NCBI GenBank assembly: GCA_040285855.1
Contig: JAUFOQ010000004.1
Span: 186,001-250,000, forward strand
DNA from: Eukaryota sp. GEM-RC1
Taxonomy: Eukaryota
Direction: 5' to 3'
Length of the DNA: 64,000 nt
Position 1 is the stretch's first letter. Every line of letters starts with the position of its first letter. Positions 11,585 to 24,189 of the stretch are shown here, piece after piece. Under the pieces are notes generated by a model, which was not told the origin of the DNA, searched no databases, and was given only the letters and a program-made list of their open reading frames with translations. The translations under genes and the position numbers were made by a program.

Positions 11585-12030
11585 CGGATTTATGTGCGGA
11601 GAAAAACACACAACAAGAAAACAACAAATAAGTAAACACTATTAAAACAAATTATCAAACGAACCACTTAATTCTGAAAAGTAGTTGCCTCCAAACAACT
11701 TGGACAAAATGGAATCAACATATCTATACATAGACCCAAAAATCGAAAAAGCAAATTTACGCTTGCAGTACGATCTGTTAAACTTCTGGCCATACTCTGT
11801 ACACAAATTTTCAAATAAATTTGAAAACAGCTTGGTAGAAGAACCGAAATTTCCGTACAAAGAAACTGCAAAAGGCTGAAAGACGATAATATTGTGTCTT
11901 CGTGAATTCAATGCAGCAACTTGATGTACGTTCTTAGACACTTTAGCGTTCTCAGCGTCTTTAAGTGAATCATTTGAATTATTCAAAAAATTGGCAATAG
12001 CTGAAGCTTTGAGGATCAACGGTTTGAAAC
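11585..12030 (-). mobile_element. 5'-truncated RLE retrotransposon, family B, with 14-bp TSD
   Basis: TSD ACCTAGTTTGAAAG at 11571-11584 and 12031-12044. ORF 11642-12019 contains FQPFAVSLYGNFG. Ends CACATAAATCCG. Confidence 0.88.
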
Positions 12031-12407
12031 ACCTAGTTTGAAAGTGTAACAGTGAAAACTTTCAAACCTGGACTGCTAAGGACCAGCAAACACATGCTAT
12101 TGTCAAAAAATGCTTAGTGTGATGTAGTCAAATCAATTGTGACTCAGAACTCTTGAGACAACGGTACTGAATTGATTACCATTGACTACAGAAGGTAATT
12201 CTGATTGGTTGTATGTTGTCTGTTACCGTATTGCTACTAAAGAATTAATGGTAATTAATTAAGTGTGGGACCGGAGAATTAACATTAATTAATTGAGGGT
12301 GTCAAGAATTAATAATTAAATTTAAATTAATTTCGTCACATCACTGATCCTGTTCTTCTGTTAACCTCCCTTCTATTAGTACAGATTTATTTCATGCTAT
12401 GATCCTC

Positions 12408-13386
12408 CTAAACAGAAAAACTTTGAACCGTTCTTTTCATGCTTTGGTAAACACCAAGCATGAAGATTGCAACAGCACAGAATGCGAAAGATCCCAATGC
12501 AACATGAAGACCGTAACTGCGGGCAAATGAACGAAACGAATTATCATCCTCATCAAGACTGTGATTAGCATGAAGGAAGAACAAACGAGGTTCGATTAAT
12601 GATAACATCTCTGGTGGTTTCCCCTACATCGTTACGCACTAGCACCAAAAACGATCATGCCTTTTTTCGGGTACAATACGGCAGAATAACAAAGAGTAAT
12701 TACAAAGTACATCACAATGTGTAAGATCATGAACTCTTAGCGAAAGTGCGAAGGTCATTGAAATAGACTGTGATGAACTGCTGCGATCAGGAAACAAACA
12801 TCAGGAGAACGTACGAAGGATTGTGAAAGACAAATGTATAGTTGTGGTGACTCTCAGTCACGCTGAAAGGAAAACTAGGTTGACATTGGTCACCTATACA
12901 TGAATCGAGAGCATGCGATGCATCTCTGTCTTCACGCCATGTGCGAAAGTCGGAATCATGGGAGAAAAGGAGTACTGAAGCAGGAGAAGAAACCGAAACA
13001 TTGACTTGGGAATCTGTATTCAAGGCCCATCTGTTGGATGAGAAGTCATCGGCATCAGTCCGAATAGGACCAGTGCTGAAGGTAACGGGAGCATAGGGGT
13101 TCTCGATAAGAGCAACATCTTTTGGACAAGAAAACAGGGCCACACTGTCAAAGTGTTCAAAGTCAAGAATACTAACGACGTCATTATCATCAACATCGAG
13201 TAGCACTGTATTGGATTTGAATAGACCAATATCAATACGAACACTTGGATTAAACGTTGCTCCATACATTAGAAGGCCTACACCTGTACAAAAGCCAACA
13301 AACATCATGAGAAAGAAGTATTTTACAAGAGGATGAGAAGGACTTCTTCGGCGAAAACCGGACGTCCCTTTCGTTACTAAAGGCAT
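12408..13386 (-). CDS. membrane protein with two TM segments (APD1-like middle region possible); 2 introns, 1 frame break
   Basis: Introns 12781-12814 (34 nt, GTACGT..CTGATCGCAG) and 12559-12586 (28 nt, GTTTGT..CTAATCACAG), plus one missing base at run 12647-12651, join ORFs 12787-13386 and 12408-12608. Confidence 0.7.
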
Positions 13387-13822
13387 TCAGACTGGGATAG
13401 AAGGGGAAAGTGTTCGAAATGTATCAGACACGTGTGGACATACCGATATGTCACTATGACTATGACAAATAACTGGGTCTAACTCCTAGGCCTTGCTTCA
13501 AACGATGCTCCACAATAGATTTGACGTTGAAACATGGTAACTTGTTACGATTCCAAATCTCGGCATTATGTTATTTCATAAAAAAATTGTTTAATATGAA
13601 GACACCAACATACCACGTACAATGTACACTAACCAAAACTAGAAGACGATATTAAAAGTATCTGAACTAAACTCCACCTGACTAGAATCAACCAATTTAG
13701 CTAAAATACTATCAGAATAACTAACTAAACTATCAGAATAAGGTGGGCTAGTAATAGGGCAGGGTTAGTCTTAGGTTAATTAGAGTATGTCTATCAGCAC
13801 TCTGCCTAATTTTTTTCATGTA

Positions 13823-15483
13823 CAGTCAACTGCCGAATAGAGCCCGCGCTCTAATTTAGAGCCCCGAAAAAATATCTAAGGGCGCTCTATTCGGTAGGGC
13901 TCTAATCAGTAAGGCTCTAATTTAGAGCCCCTCCCGCATACGGCTCTATTGGGTAGATTTTTTATGATAATATGTACAGAAAAGAGTAAAAAGGGTCTAA
14001 TTTTAGTAATTCATAAACTGATCTACTAATATGCAACAATATCTTGCTCAATCAATTCTAAGGGTTGTAATACTTCAAGTTCAGGATGGTTTCCAACACC
14101 TTCTCTACCGAAATTGTGACGTTGAATAGCAGGGCCATACATAGAGTTTTGGGTAATATGGAGCTGGTTCAAAGAACCCAAAAAGCAACTTGGAAGAGAG
14201 TGGGAGATAAATGCTGGTGTGGGACATTGCTAAATTTACACTCGTTTATAGTCCGATCATATGAAATAGTAAATAATGATTTTAGTTAATGTTTTATATC
14301 AATACTGTGCTTTTCACATGAGATCCTTAATTCACATTTTCACTCCCAATTTTGGACCCAATTTTTTCCTTCCTTCGTTTAGTGTTTCCACACCACTTTT
14401 CATTGGATGACCATAAACATCACGTTTGTGTCTTTTATAGTTCTCTACACACACTATATCCTTGCTTGCGATGCTCTTGCTTCCTTACTTCGTGTTGATT
14501 CAACCTTTTGTTGAAATGAAATGCCACAAACTGTCACAGATCATCTTTTACACTCCTTCCCAGTCACTGGGTTGGTCTTTGGATCGAATCATACGTTGAT
14601 TTTATTTCATCAGAACGACTCTGAAATTGTGAAAGTCTTCTCATGCTTCATCTATCTTTTTGTATCGTCACCACCTTCTCTGTTAAGTTGTACTTTATGG
14701 ACATTATCATCATTTGGTTTGTAGATACTGAAATGTAAGGATCTTTTATGAGACAACACGGGTGTGCAGGATCTGATAACTGTGTAGAACTATTTAGCGT
14801 CACTGTAGGATACGTTTCTGTATCATTTGTTTCATAAAGAATACAGTTTTTGCTTATGTTTTTCTGGTCCACTGTCTTTTTATGAACAAGGGAGCGATGA
14901 ATAGTTGAGGGTGACACGCTTTTATTGAGATAAGTCTGAACTACTTTGGAGAATTCGTGTAGGAACAGAAGAGGTTTCTGGGAAAGAACATTCTCAATAA
15001 AATCACCGTCATCATTGCTGAGGATACAACAGGAGTCCTGAGGAACTAGTTTGGGGTTAAAGAGATCTTTGATCCATCTACTGATAGTTGTTTGGTGAAC
15101 CCAGAATACTTGAGAAATTGCGGACAAGAAAAAAGTAAGTATAAAGATCACGAACTCTGGTATCGGAAGTGGTGTGATAACGGAGTTTTGTCAAGTCAGT
15201 TATGGCAACATCATCCAGACCCCGAACTTCCCTCCTGTTCACTGTAAGCAAGTAAAAGATCAGATTTATAGGACATATCAGCTTGACAAAAATGAAAGAC
15301 TAGAAAATGGGAATCAGGAGTGAAAATTCTTGATAAGCACCCGAAATAAAATCCACAGTATGTGATGTAAATTGTATAGTATGTCAAATACTAAGCTACA
15401 ATGTATTTTCAGAAACGGTGTCTATTCGGTAGGGCTCAAATTTAGAGCCCTTGTCAATTGGGGCTCTATTCGGTAGTTGACTG
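13823..15483 (-). mobile_element. Tc1/mariner-IS630 superfamily element, defective
   Basis: TIRs CAGTCAACT(G/A)CCGAATAGAGCCC flanked by TA (13821-22, 15484-85). Subterminal AGAGCCC repeats. ORF 14648-15151(-) encodes HTH/winged-helix parts (VHQTTISRW; KPLLFLHE...VSPSTIHRSL). No intact DDE domain. Confidence 0.9.
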
Positions 15484-15845
15484 TATGTTTATGTATTTAA
15501 CCAAATTATATTAGACTGTAATTTGTGACAATATTGTATGCTATTTGGTTCTGCATCTGAGCGAAACGACCTTCACGTACATCCGAGCATTGTCCTCATT
15601 GCACAGACCATGTTGTCCTGTCACCTTATGACTGACAAAACGATTCTTTACTTATCATAACAAAACCTTCCGTAACACATCAAAAATGTATTTGTGATTA
15701 GTGAAATTACTAGTAATCGTGGTCAAACAAAGAGTATTTGGATGAATCTTTCCTACATCATTGAATCAATGGATTAGTCTCACTGAGACTAATTTCTACG
15801 AATTAGGGAAAAACGATCAAGTGAGCAATTGTAGTTGTGTTAAAG

Positions 15846-16601
15846 TATGATTCCCTTGCAGCCGGCTGAGCCCCGGTCTGTATTAGGCCGGCTTAGCCCA
15901 GGCCGACGCCGGCATATCTTTTTTTCTATGAGACGTAATCTAGGCCCAACTAATTTACAACTTGCTAAATCTATTACTATGATCACAGAAATATAAGACT
16001 AATTTTATTTAAATAAAGTAATTTAGAAATTCACTACAACACAACTTCATCGTTCTCGTTCTGAATTGCTGTAGAAAAACTTAACTGTGATTGTTTTAAG
16101 ACTTTCTTTTTGGGTTTTTCAACAGCCATTTTCAAAGTGCCCGATCTTATTCTCCCGCTGTTTAATAGAGACTTTAGTCCAATGAGAGACCTAATTGTTT
16201 CACGATCCAAATTCCATCTTCCATGAATCATGTGAACGAGAGAAGAATTTGTAGAATTGTTGTCATCAGAAGGTGTCGTATCAGAAGAAGTACTATCAGA
16301 AAATGTACTGAGTGACTTGTTGTTCACAGCTTTTTTTAACAGGAGAGCCTACGGAGCGGCAGCGACGTTAATGGGAGGCATATTGCTCTGAAAGTGTTCT
16401 ATATTGTTAGATAGTGGAAGAAGAATACACTGCAAAACCTCTTCTTGTTTGTTATTTTTTAAATCAAAATAAAAGCACCAACAAATGTTACAATTTATTA
16501 TTGGACTTTCGGCGTCAAATTTGGCCTAGCACGGCTTAGGCCGGCCAAAAAAGTTTTTGAAATCTGTAAGCCGGCTTAGGCCGGGCCGTAAGGGTATCAT
16601 A
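15846..16601 (-). mobile_element. non-autonomous hAT transposon
   Basis: Perfect TSD TGTTAAAG (15838-15845, 16602-16609). TIR TATGAT(T/A)CCCTT. GCCGGC/TAGGCC subterminal arrays. Internal remnant RWNLDRETIRSLIGLK resembles a hAT C-terminus. Confidence 0.9.
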
Positions 16602-16654
16602 TGTTAAAGTACACCTAGACATTGTATTTTCAATACCTGTTTAAGTCTTTCTTC

Positions 16655-17071
16655 ATGACAAAACCTGGTACTAAACCTATTACTAAACCAGCCAAGGTTC
16701 TTGATCCTGTCAAAGCAAATGCTATCCTCACAGAATGTATCAAGAAGGAGAACAGATCAGTCTGTCCTCCTTCGTCTACTCGCTTTTGTCTAACTCAGAA
16801 GGACTACATCTCTCCAAAAGTTAATCACGTTGTACCACAATGTTCCTCCACAAAGTCTAATCCTCCTTCTGATACCTCTGCTGCCAAGCTAGGATCACTT
16901 CCTTGTCCGTCTTCTCACTCATATCTCGGTTATACCAATGATTTGAGTTGGTGTCGACCTCACAAACTTCAAACCAAGCCAATCAAATGTTGTCATATCA
17001 CTAAATTTGCCGAAGCGTTGGTTGAACAATCGGGAGGTTTAAAGCCAGCAGATCCTGTGAAGAAGTCCTGA
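16655..17071 (+). CDS. FAM183/CFAP144-like ciliary protein
   Basis: DPVKANAILTECIKKENR N-terminus and PIKCCHITKFAE C-terminus resemble the FAM183 family (recognised from memory). Confidence 0.5.
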   Translation: MTKPGTKPITKPAKVLDPVKANAILTECIKKENRSVCPPSSTRFCLTQKDYISPKVNHVVPQCSSTKSNPPSDTSAAKLGSLPCPSSHSYLGYTNDLSWCRPHKLQTKPIKCCHITKFAEALVEQSGGLKPADPVKKS

Positions 17072-17334
17072 CAAGTCTTTTTTTCAATAAGTTTCCTTTA
17101 TCACAGTCTCTTGATTGGTTTCTCTGTATTATATTCTATTTTAAATTTAGTTTTATTATAAATTCAATATATTTTATTCATCTGTTCAATTGTTTTTCAA
17201 AAGAGCTTGATTGAAAATTACTACTTGTTTAAACGGACAAATGTTCAATATAAGATAAACAAGTCGGACAACACTAAAAAACAATTAATGACAATACTTG
17301 TATTATACAAATGCAAAAGAAAAATGGCCAATAA

Positions 17335-20300
17335 TTATAGATATCTAGGCGACACTTTCGGCTTAATATTTTTAACATTTTTTAAATTTCCAATCATTAA
17401 AACGTCATTGGGCTCTTTCCACTGAGAAAGTCCAGGAACAGAAGCTGATTTCGGTGGTTTTGGAAGGTAGAACCGTCGAGCAGACTTTACAGTAGTAGAT
17501 GAACAACCAGAAACCCCAGCAAAACTAAACTCATTACGGGGTGTGGGAGCAGTGAAAATGTTGGTTAACTGTAGTTTCTGGGGTGAGCTCTCCATTGGCA
17601 GATCGTCTAGGGAAAGTTGACGTAGACTGGTGTCAATCAGGAGAGAGTTATTTCTGGTGAGAGTTTTAGGTTCAGATGGTTTCAACTGATGCAACATTTG
17701 TGTTCCAGTAAGAATTTGACCAGCAAACCTAGTTCTCTCACAGTCAGGACAATGAGCGTGAAAATGTTGATAGTTACACTCATGATCACGTGATAGGTGG
17801 AGCTGATCACGTGATGGGATGAGAGGTGGAGCGGATGACTTAGACTTGGACAAAGTACTTCTATCGGGATAGAAATCATGAACTGTCTGTGGTCTTGCAA
17901 AGTCAAAGGGAATCACGTCATCATTGATAACGTTATCAGTACTAAGAACGGAAGCTTCCCCGATCACTGATGACGGTCGTGATCTCTTTTCTATTTTAAC
18001 CTGAGGTGCTGAGACTTTCCTTAGTCTTTTAACATTAGGTGAAGGAGATGATATACTAGGAGAAATTGGATCTGTTTCAGTGACGTTTTTACGTCTGGTA
18101 GTCTTTCTTTTGAAACTTTAGATGATTTCATAGGAGAGTTGATATCTGACATTGACTTGCTTTTTTGGGAAAAATCACTGGGTGACGCCAGTCGCTTTGT
18201 TGACCGTTGATTGATTGAAGAAGAGCTCACTGCAAAAGAGGAAAGTGGTCTGATGGAAAAAGGAGTCGAGGGTTTGCCTTCATTAAACGATACACTCGGA
18301 GTTTCACACCGTTTCATAGCTTCTTCGATTTCTTTTTTCTTTTTGTAGGAAATCTTGTTGAACTTCACGTAAGTCTCGAATAACACCGGTTGGGAGATTT
18401 CGCTGGACTTCAATCAAATCATTCATTGTGTTAATCAAATTTGATTGGTCATCAGAAAAAGATCGCGTAGTTGATGATGGTGACGCTAGAGGAAGTGCTA
18501 GAGAAGGATTTACACCTTCAAATCCATAGTCACTCATCATTGAAGCTTTACCAAGAGTCAATTTTTTAATTTTTGATGGTAATTTTAAATCTAATTTTGG
18601 AACGTTCAGAGAATTTGAGTCTGTCAGTTGAGATGATGAAAACATGGACTCTTTTCTGGCCTTTTTCTGAGAATTTAGAGCTTTTCTTAAGGAATCTGTT
18701 TGACTTTTTGTAACGAAGTCTTTGAACTCAGCAGTATTTGGTCTCAATTGAGTGGAATGTAGACGTGAAAACACGTCACCACTGTGAGAGCGAGGTGGTA
18801 AATCAGAGGGATAATTTAAAAATTTAGTATTTTTAAAAGATTTTGAATCCTCTTTTGTCATATCCATCTCTGATTTGATTTCTACAGGTGATAAATCTTC
18901 ATCACTGACATCAGATCCAATCAAAGAACCTGGCCTAGGAGAAAAGAAATCAAAGTCATCCGAATGAACTGATATTTGATCATCATCAATCAAATATGAT
19001 TGGTCTTCTTCTAGATACTCAGTCTCAGCAGATTCAATTTCTGTGTTTTCTATTGGTTCCACAGGTTCATTGGAGGTTCTTGGTACGACCATCACGGAAT
19101 CATTAGGGACAATTTCAGTAGCTGCTATTTCGTCCGATTCAACGTTGATAACGTTTTCCTTTGACAATTGTTTTCTTTTAGTAAATACGTTTTTTAAACT
19201 CGATGGTTTGAACAAAAGCGATTTTGACTTGACTACAGAAGGTGGTTGTGATGGAGGTTGGAAATCACTATTGATTGGGTGACTCTTTCCTGAATCAAGT
19301 TTGATTGCATTGACGTGATCATCTTGAACGTGACCATGTGGGTCAATCACTGACGTGGAAGGCTTTGGACGAATAGAGTCAAAACTAACTGGTGTAGAAC
19401 TCTGTGACGGGGTAGAATCAATCAAATTTGATTGTGGGTCAGTCTCATTGGAAAGCTCTGGTTGAGACCCAACAACTCGAGAAGCAGGTTCAACAGTATA
19501 AGATTTGGGAACAACTTCTTTTGTAGGAATCTTCTTTTCTGAATCAGGGGAGAAGTCTTGGGAAGTCAACGACGGACTGTCACTGTTATTAGATTGATTA
19601 TTGACCTCAATAGAAGGTTGTAAACAATGAGGGTCGAAATGATGTGATTGCTTAGTTGTGATTGGATTTTCATTGGGATCAGCATCATTAAAAACATCTT
19701 CAGAACTCAAAATTTCAACAAGAGTCCCAAAAACCTGTGGATTTGATTGACTTGATAAACTACGATGATGTGATTTGACTGAATGATGAGAAGTCTCATT
19801 GACATCGTCATTAGGTGTGGTGTTCTCAATCAACTCATCATCATTTGGAACAAAAGTGTCCTTTCTTTTGATCTCTTCTTTTTCTTTTTCTTGGGCGATG
19901 ATTGGTCACGCGAGTCAATCTCTTTGACCATTGTAACATCAGAAAACCTAACTCTCCTTGATTTTTTCATTTTCAGACTGTTTAAAACTTCAGAAGTTTC
20001 ATTTTCAGAGACTTCCGACAGATTCGTTTCATCAGTGGAGGATACCTTTGGCAAAGAATCTGAAGAAGTCACTGGACTATGTCCTGGTTTGATTCGTCTA
20101 GTGTTGGCAGTAGATTTGAAGTCAGCGTTTGCTTTCAAATTAGCAAACTTAGAGTGTAAGCTACCAAACTGTTGTTTCTCGGTATCAGCAGTTTGATTCG
20201 ACTCAGAACCCTTTTGATCTCTTCTATCAATCTCTTCTACTTCTGATTGAACATCATCTTCAGAGGACTCAGAACTAGTTTGTATAACTCCCGTTTCTTC

Positions 20301-23017
20301 ATTTGAACTAGAAGAAGATAATTCAACGACATCAGGAAAAGACTTCTTTTTAGAAGACTTTTGGGGACTTCTGGACTTCTGCTGACGTGGCTTCTGTCGT
20401 TTGGGCTTCGTCTTGTGACCTTTTGACAACGACTTTTGAAGACTGGCAAAGGTAGTGATTGTTTGATTGGCAGCAACTTCTGGTAAGGAATTTAAAGACA
20501 AAATGACCTCGTCAACTGGTTCAGGACGACTCTCAATCACTTTCTTGGACTCTTCTTTGGAATTCTCGTATAAAAACTTCATTGAATTTGATCGTTGGAG
20601 TCCTCGTGATTGATTGAGGGGGACAACAACCCCCTCGTCATCAGAATCAGACCGATACTGCATTCTGATTGATGATTGAGAGTCAAATTTATACAGATCG
20701 TGCATTAAATCATCACTGTCAGACTCAGAATGATCACCAAAAGACTCTATTGGACCAGAAAAGGAAGGTACAACGTCATCATAATCAAAACTATGATCCC
20801 TCTCATCAGGTAGAGCTCTCTTGCCTTCATCAACGAAGAAAGTCAATCCAAAGGAGTTTCGTCTACTCTTTTGTAGTACAACTCCTTTAGAGGCTTAATT
20901 TGAGGTGATTCATACTTAACTACTTTTCTAGTATTAGCTACTGGTAACATATCAGAAGAATTAAACATCTTAGTCATGACGTTATAAGCGTGTGGATGAC
21001 GAACAAGGAGCTCATCGTTGGAGATCTCTTGCTCTTCTGGGTAGAGAGATCGAAGTTGAAGCAAAAGCCAATCAGTAGCTGAGAATTCTGATAGAGAGCT
21101 CAAATCAACATTAGTCGAGGGTTTGATCTCTTCTTCGTCATCACTTTCCCTAGAGACCTTACTCTTCTTTGGTGTTTGACCCTTGAAATAACCCAAAGAA
21201 GAAAGTAAATAATCAGTAAATAGACCCTGTAAATGATCAGGAACTGATGGAAGAGAAAACTTCGAATTAAGTTGGTTGAGTTTACGAGCAGATTCTTCAA
21301 CTTGGAAGTCAGCGGACTTCAGAAGAAGAAAAAGGTCGTGATTGGGAAACTTTGATTCTATCATAGGTATCAATCAAGAATGATTTGATTGGATCGTCAA
21401 CGTTTTCAACATAGTTCTGAATACCACTGGATGACGATTTCAGTACAGCTTTGGTGATGATTGTAGACTCTTTCACTCGATGATTGAAATCATTGTTGAC
21501 CGCCTTCAAGTGAGATTTTCTAATCTTTCTAGATTTATTCCTCACTTGATTGACTAGCACAGTAGCCTGAATTAGGAAAGAGAAGAAATCATGACCAGTG
21601 AAAACATTTGAAACAGTGGCGAAATCATCCTCGGATAATGACGAAAATCCCGAAATGGCAAGGAAACGCGACATGATTGCCCTTTTAAGTGACACAAAAT
21701 ACTTCACATGTAGAGGTGCCTCATAAAACATTCTCCCAGTGTCACCCACGTCAATAATCATTGGTGACGTCACCATTTTGACCGACTCTGGAGTCCTAAA
21801 ACTCCCACTATTAAGAGTTCCAATTCCAATCCACATAGCCTCTTTCATTGGAACTAAGAATACGTCTTTTCCAATCTTTTGCCTTCCAACACCTTTCCAC
21901 GCTCTCAAGTACCTCATCATTAAGGACTTATACCAGTAGTAAACCAATCCTCTAATCAGACTTCTTCTGTTACTGTAGGATTTCCACCCTAGTAAAACCT
22001 TCCACATCAACTGCTCAGGAGTACTAACTCCCAGGAGAGCTCCTAGAAAGAGGGAAGATCGTTTAACCTTGTGTTTGTCGTTAGCTAGGATTAGAGTGCT
22101 AGCCAAGGCAAGTTGATCCCTTAATGAGTGGTACTTAAGCCACAACTTCCAAAAGGAGAGTAGATTCATTTTGTTTGAGAGTTTGACTCCGACTGGGAAA
22201 CGCTGTCTTAGGAATATATCTCTATGAGAGGTATACCTCCACTTGTAAAGAATGATGGAGCCAATAAAGGCATGGAATCGAAGTTTGTAGAAGAAGGAGA
22301 TATGCCATCGAGAAAAGAACTTTTTAAAAGCAGATCTCTTTTTAAAAGCAACTGACATTTTAATTAAATTAACATGACGCTGATGAGTCCTCACCACGTA
22401 CATCCACCCTCTAAAAAAGATTCTTTTAGTTAGAGAGAAGTAGAGAAGACCTTCTAATCTAATGTTCTTAATACGAATATCACGTTCTTGTTTAATGTAG
22501 GAATCCCAGATGGGAAGGGAAGTGGAGAAAGTAGGGGGGAAGGACGTGGTTGCGGATTGAGGATTGATATTTGGACCATCGTGACCAGAAGGAGAAGATG
22601 ACGTTCCTTTTACGACGCAGGAGACGTTTGCGACCCCAGAAAGCTTGCCTGCGTTCGTGGTAAGAATCCTGAGAGACATAACGCCATGCAGAAAGAGCAG
22701 TTTTAGCAGAGGCTTTAAGAAGTAGCTTTTGGATGATTTGAACTACACGTTGTCTGCGGAGTGAAACGACGCCATCCTGAGTAGAAACGTAGGAGAGTAA
22801 GACGTTTATTGAAGAGGGAGATGCGTGAGAATTGACAGAGAGATTGGTAATGGCGTTGTTTGCGATTACGATCGATTGTGATACTAACATTGGCAAGATA
22901 TTTGAGATATTGTTGACGACGAGCATTTCGCCACCATTTCTGAATAGTTCGAACACTTGGATCAAGACGGGTAATTCGCTTAAAATTATTTACATAAGCG
23001 TCGAAGGAATCATCCAT
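17335..23017 (-). CDS. single giant (~1,890 aa) protein: IQ motif and SFI1-like Trp repeats, then long Ser/acidic disordered region; 7 frame breaks
   Basis: Eight consecutive same-strand ORFs join by single-base shifts near 22760, 22525, 21330, 20870, 19870, 18335 and 18088. IQ-like IQKWWR and periodic F..W motifs in the N-terminal part. Confidence 0.7.
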
Positions 23018-23120
23018 TCATTTAAGCTCAGCTGAGAACGAAAAGCGATAAACCGGAAGAAAATCGAATTGGTTTGTTTGAGGAAACAATCATGATCTTC
23101 CTTCAACTCAACAAACCCTT

Positions 23121-23744
23121 ATGCGTTATTTCCTGAAAGAAGAAATCCACCACTTTAGCTCCAGGGACCGTGCTCTTGTCATACTATTTGATAAAGTGTT
23201 AGACCTGACGTATCTTCTCCACACAACACCACAAGTTCTTACTGCTTCTCTTCAGCAAGCAGCGGGTACAGATATCTCACACTGGTTTAAAAGCACTGGC
23301 GAACTTCCTGTTCGATCTTTTCCATCCTCTACACCGGTGACTCCCGATAACTTATGGATGTTACATGTTCACGACTCTGATGGTAACGTTTTAACCACAC
23401 CTGTAGCAAACCCTTGGTGGAATGATGGTTCCCTTGTTATTGGAAAGCTTACCTCAAGACCTCGTAGTGTAACCTTCATTAACATGCTTACCCATGATCG
23501 ACACACTATCAAAGTTGCTGATGAAGAAGTACTTCTGGACATAGCTCAACGACTTACTCCCTATAATTCACACTGCACTTCTTATACTTGGAAATTCAAT
23601 GGTAAGGAATTGGACATGAACCTCTCCTTGACTAATAACGGAATTCCTGACCTGGAAGCTGAGCTTGATGATCTGGGTCTGAATCCTGACGATGGAATTC
23701 CTGTGATTTGTCTTTATTTTAATGATGATTTGTCAGTTGCATAG
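23121..23744 (+). CDS. CYB5D1: cytochrome b5 domain-containing protein 1 (flagellar)
   Basis: MRYF..EEI, AGTDISHWF, PWW.D, YNSHCTSYTWK, LYFNDDL motifs. Confidence 0.9.
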   Translation: MRYFLKEEIHHFSSRDRALVILFDKVLDLTYLLHTTPQVLTASLQQAAGTDISHWFKSTGELPVRSFPSSTPVTPDNLWMLHVHDSDGNVLTTPVANPWWNDGSLVIGKLTSRPRSVTFINMLTHDRHTIKVADEEVLLDIAQRLTPYNSHCTSYTWKFNGKELDMNLSLTNNGIPDLEAELDDLGLNPDDGIPVICLYFNDDLSVA

Positions 23745-24189
23745 GTAGGAATTGTTGTTTTTTGAGATCTTTATTATTTATGAGTGTACTATATATTTGA
23801 ATCTTGTTGGAATTAAAAATGTAAGTAAAAATTAAAAAATTAGTTTATACATGTTGGACAACCGTCGTTGGTGTCCATGTAAATCAAAATACAATCTAAA
23901 ACATTAGACTCAGAATATTCTAGGTCAATAGAACTACTGCTTTAACACTATAAAGTAGTAAGAAATTCTTACTAAGAATACGTAGTAAACTCTTCTGTTT
24001 TTACAGTGTATTGCAAAATTTATGAACTTTGTACAATTCAAGGTGTACTCTTATGAACTTTGTAGAAGAAGAACAATAATGGAATTGAAAACACACTGTG
24101 GATTTTGCATTGTTGAACCATTGTTGTACAATAATAGAATCATCAGAATTCAAACCTTGAAAAAGTTAAAGACTTTTTGATGTCCCAAA

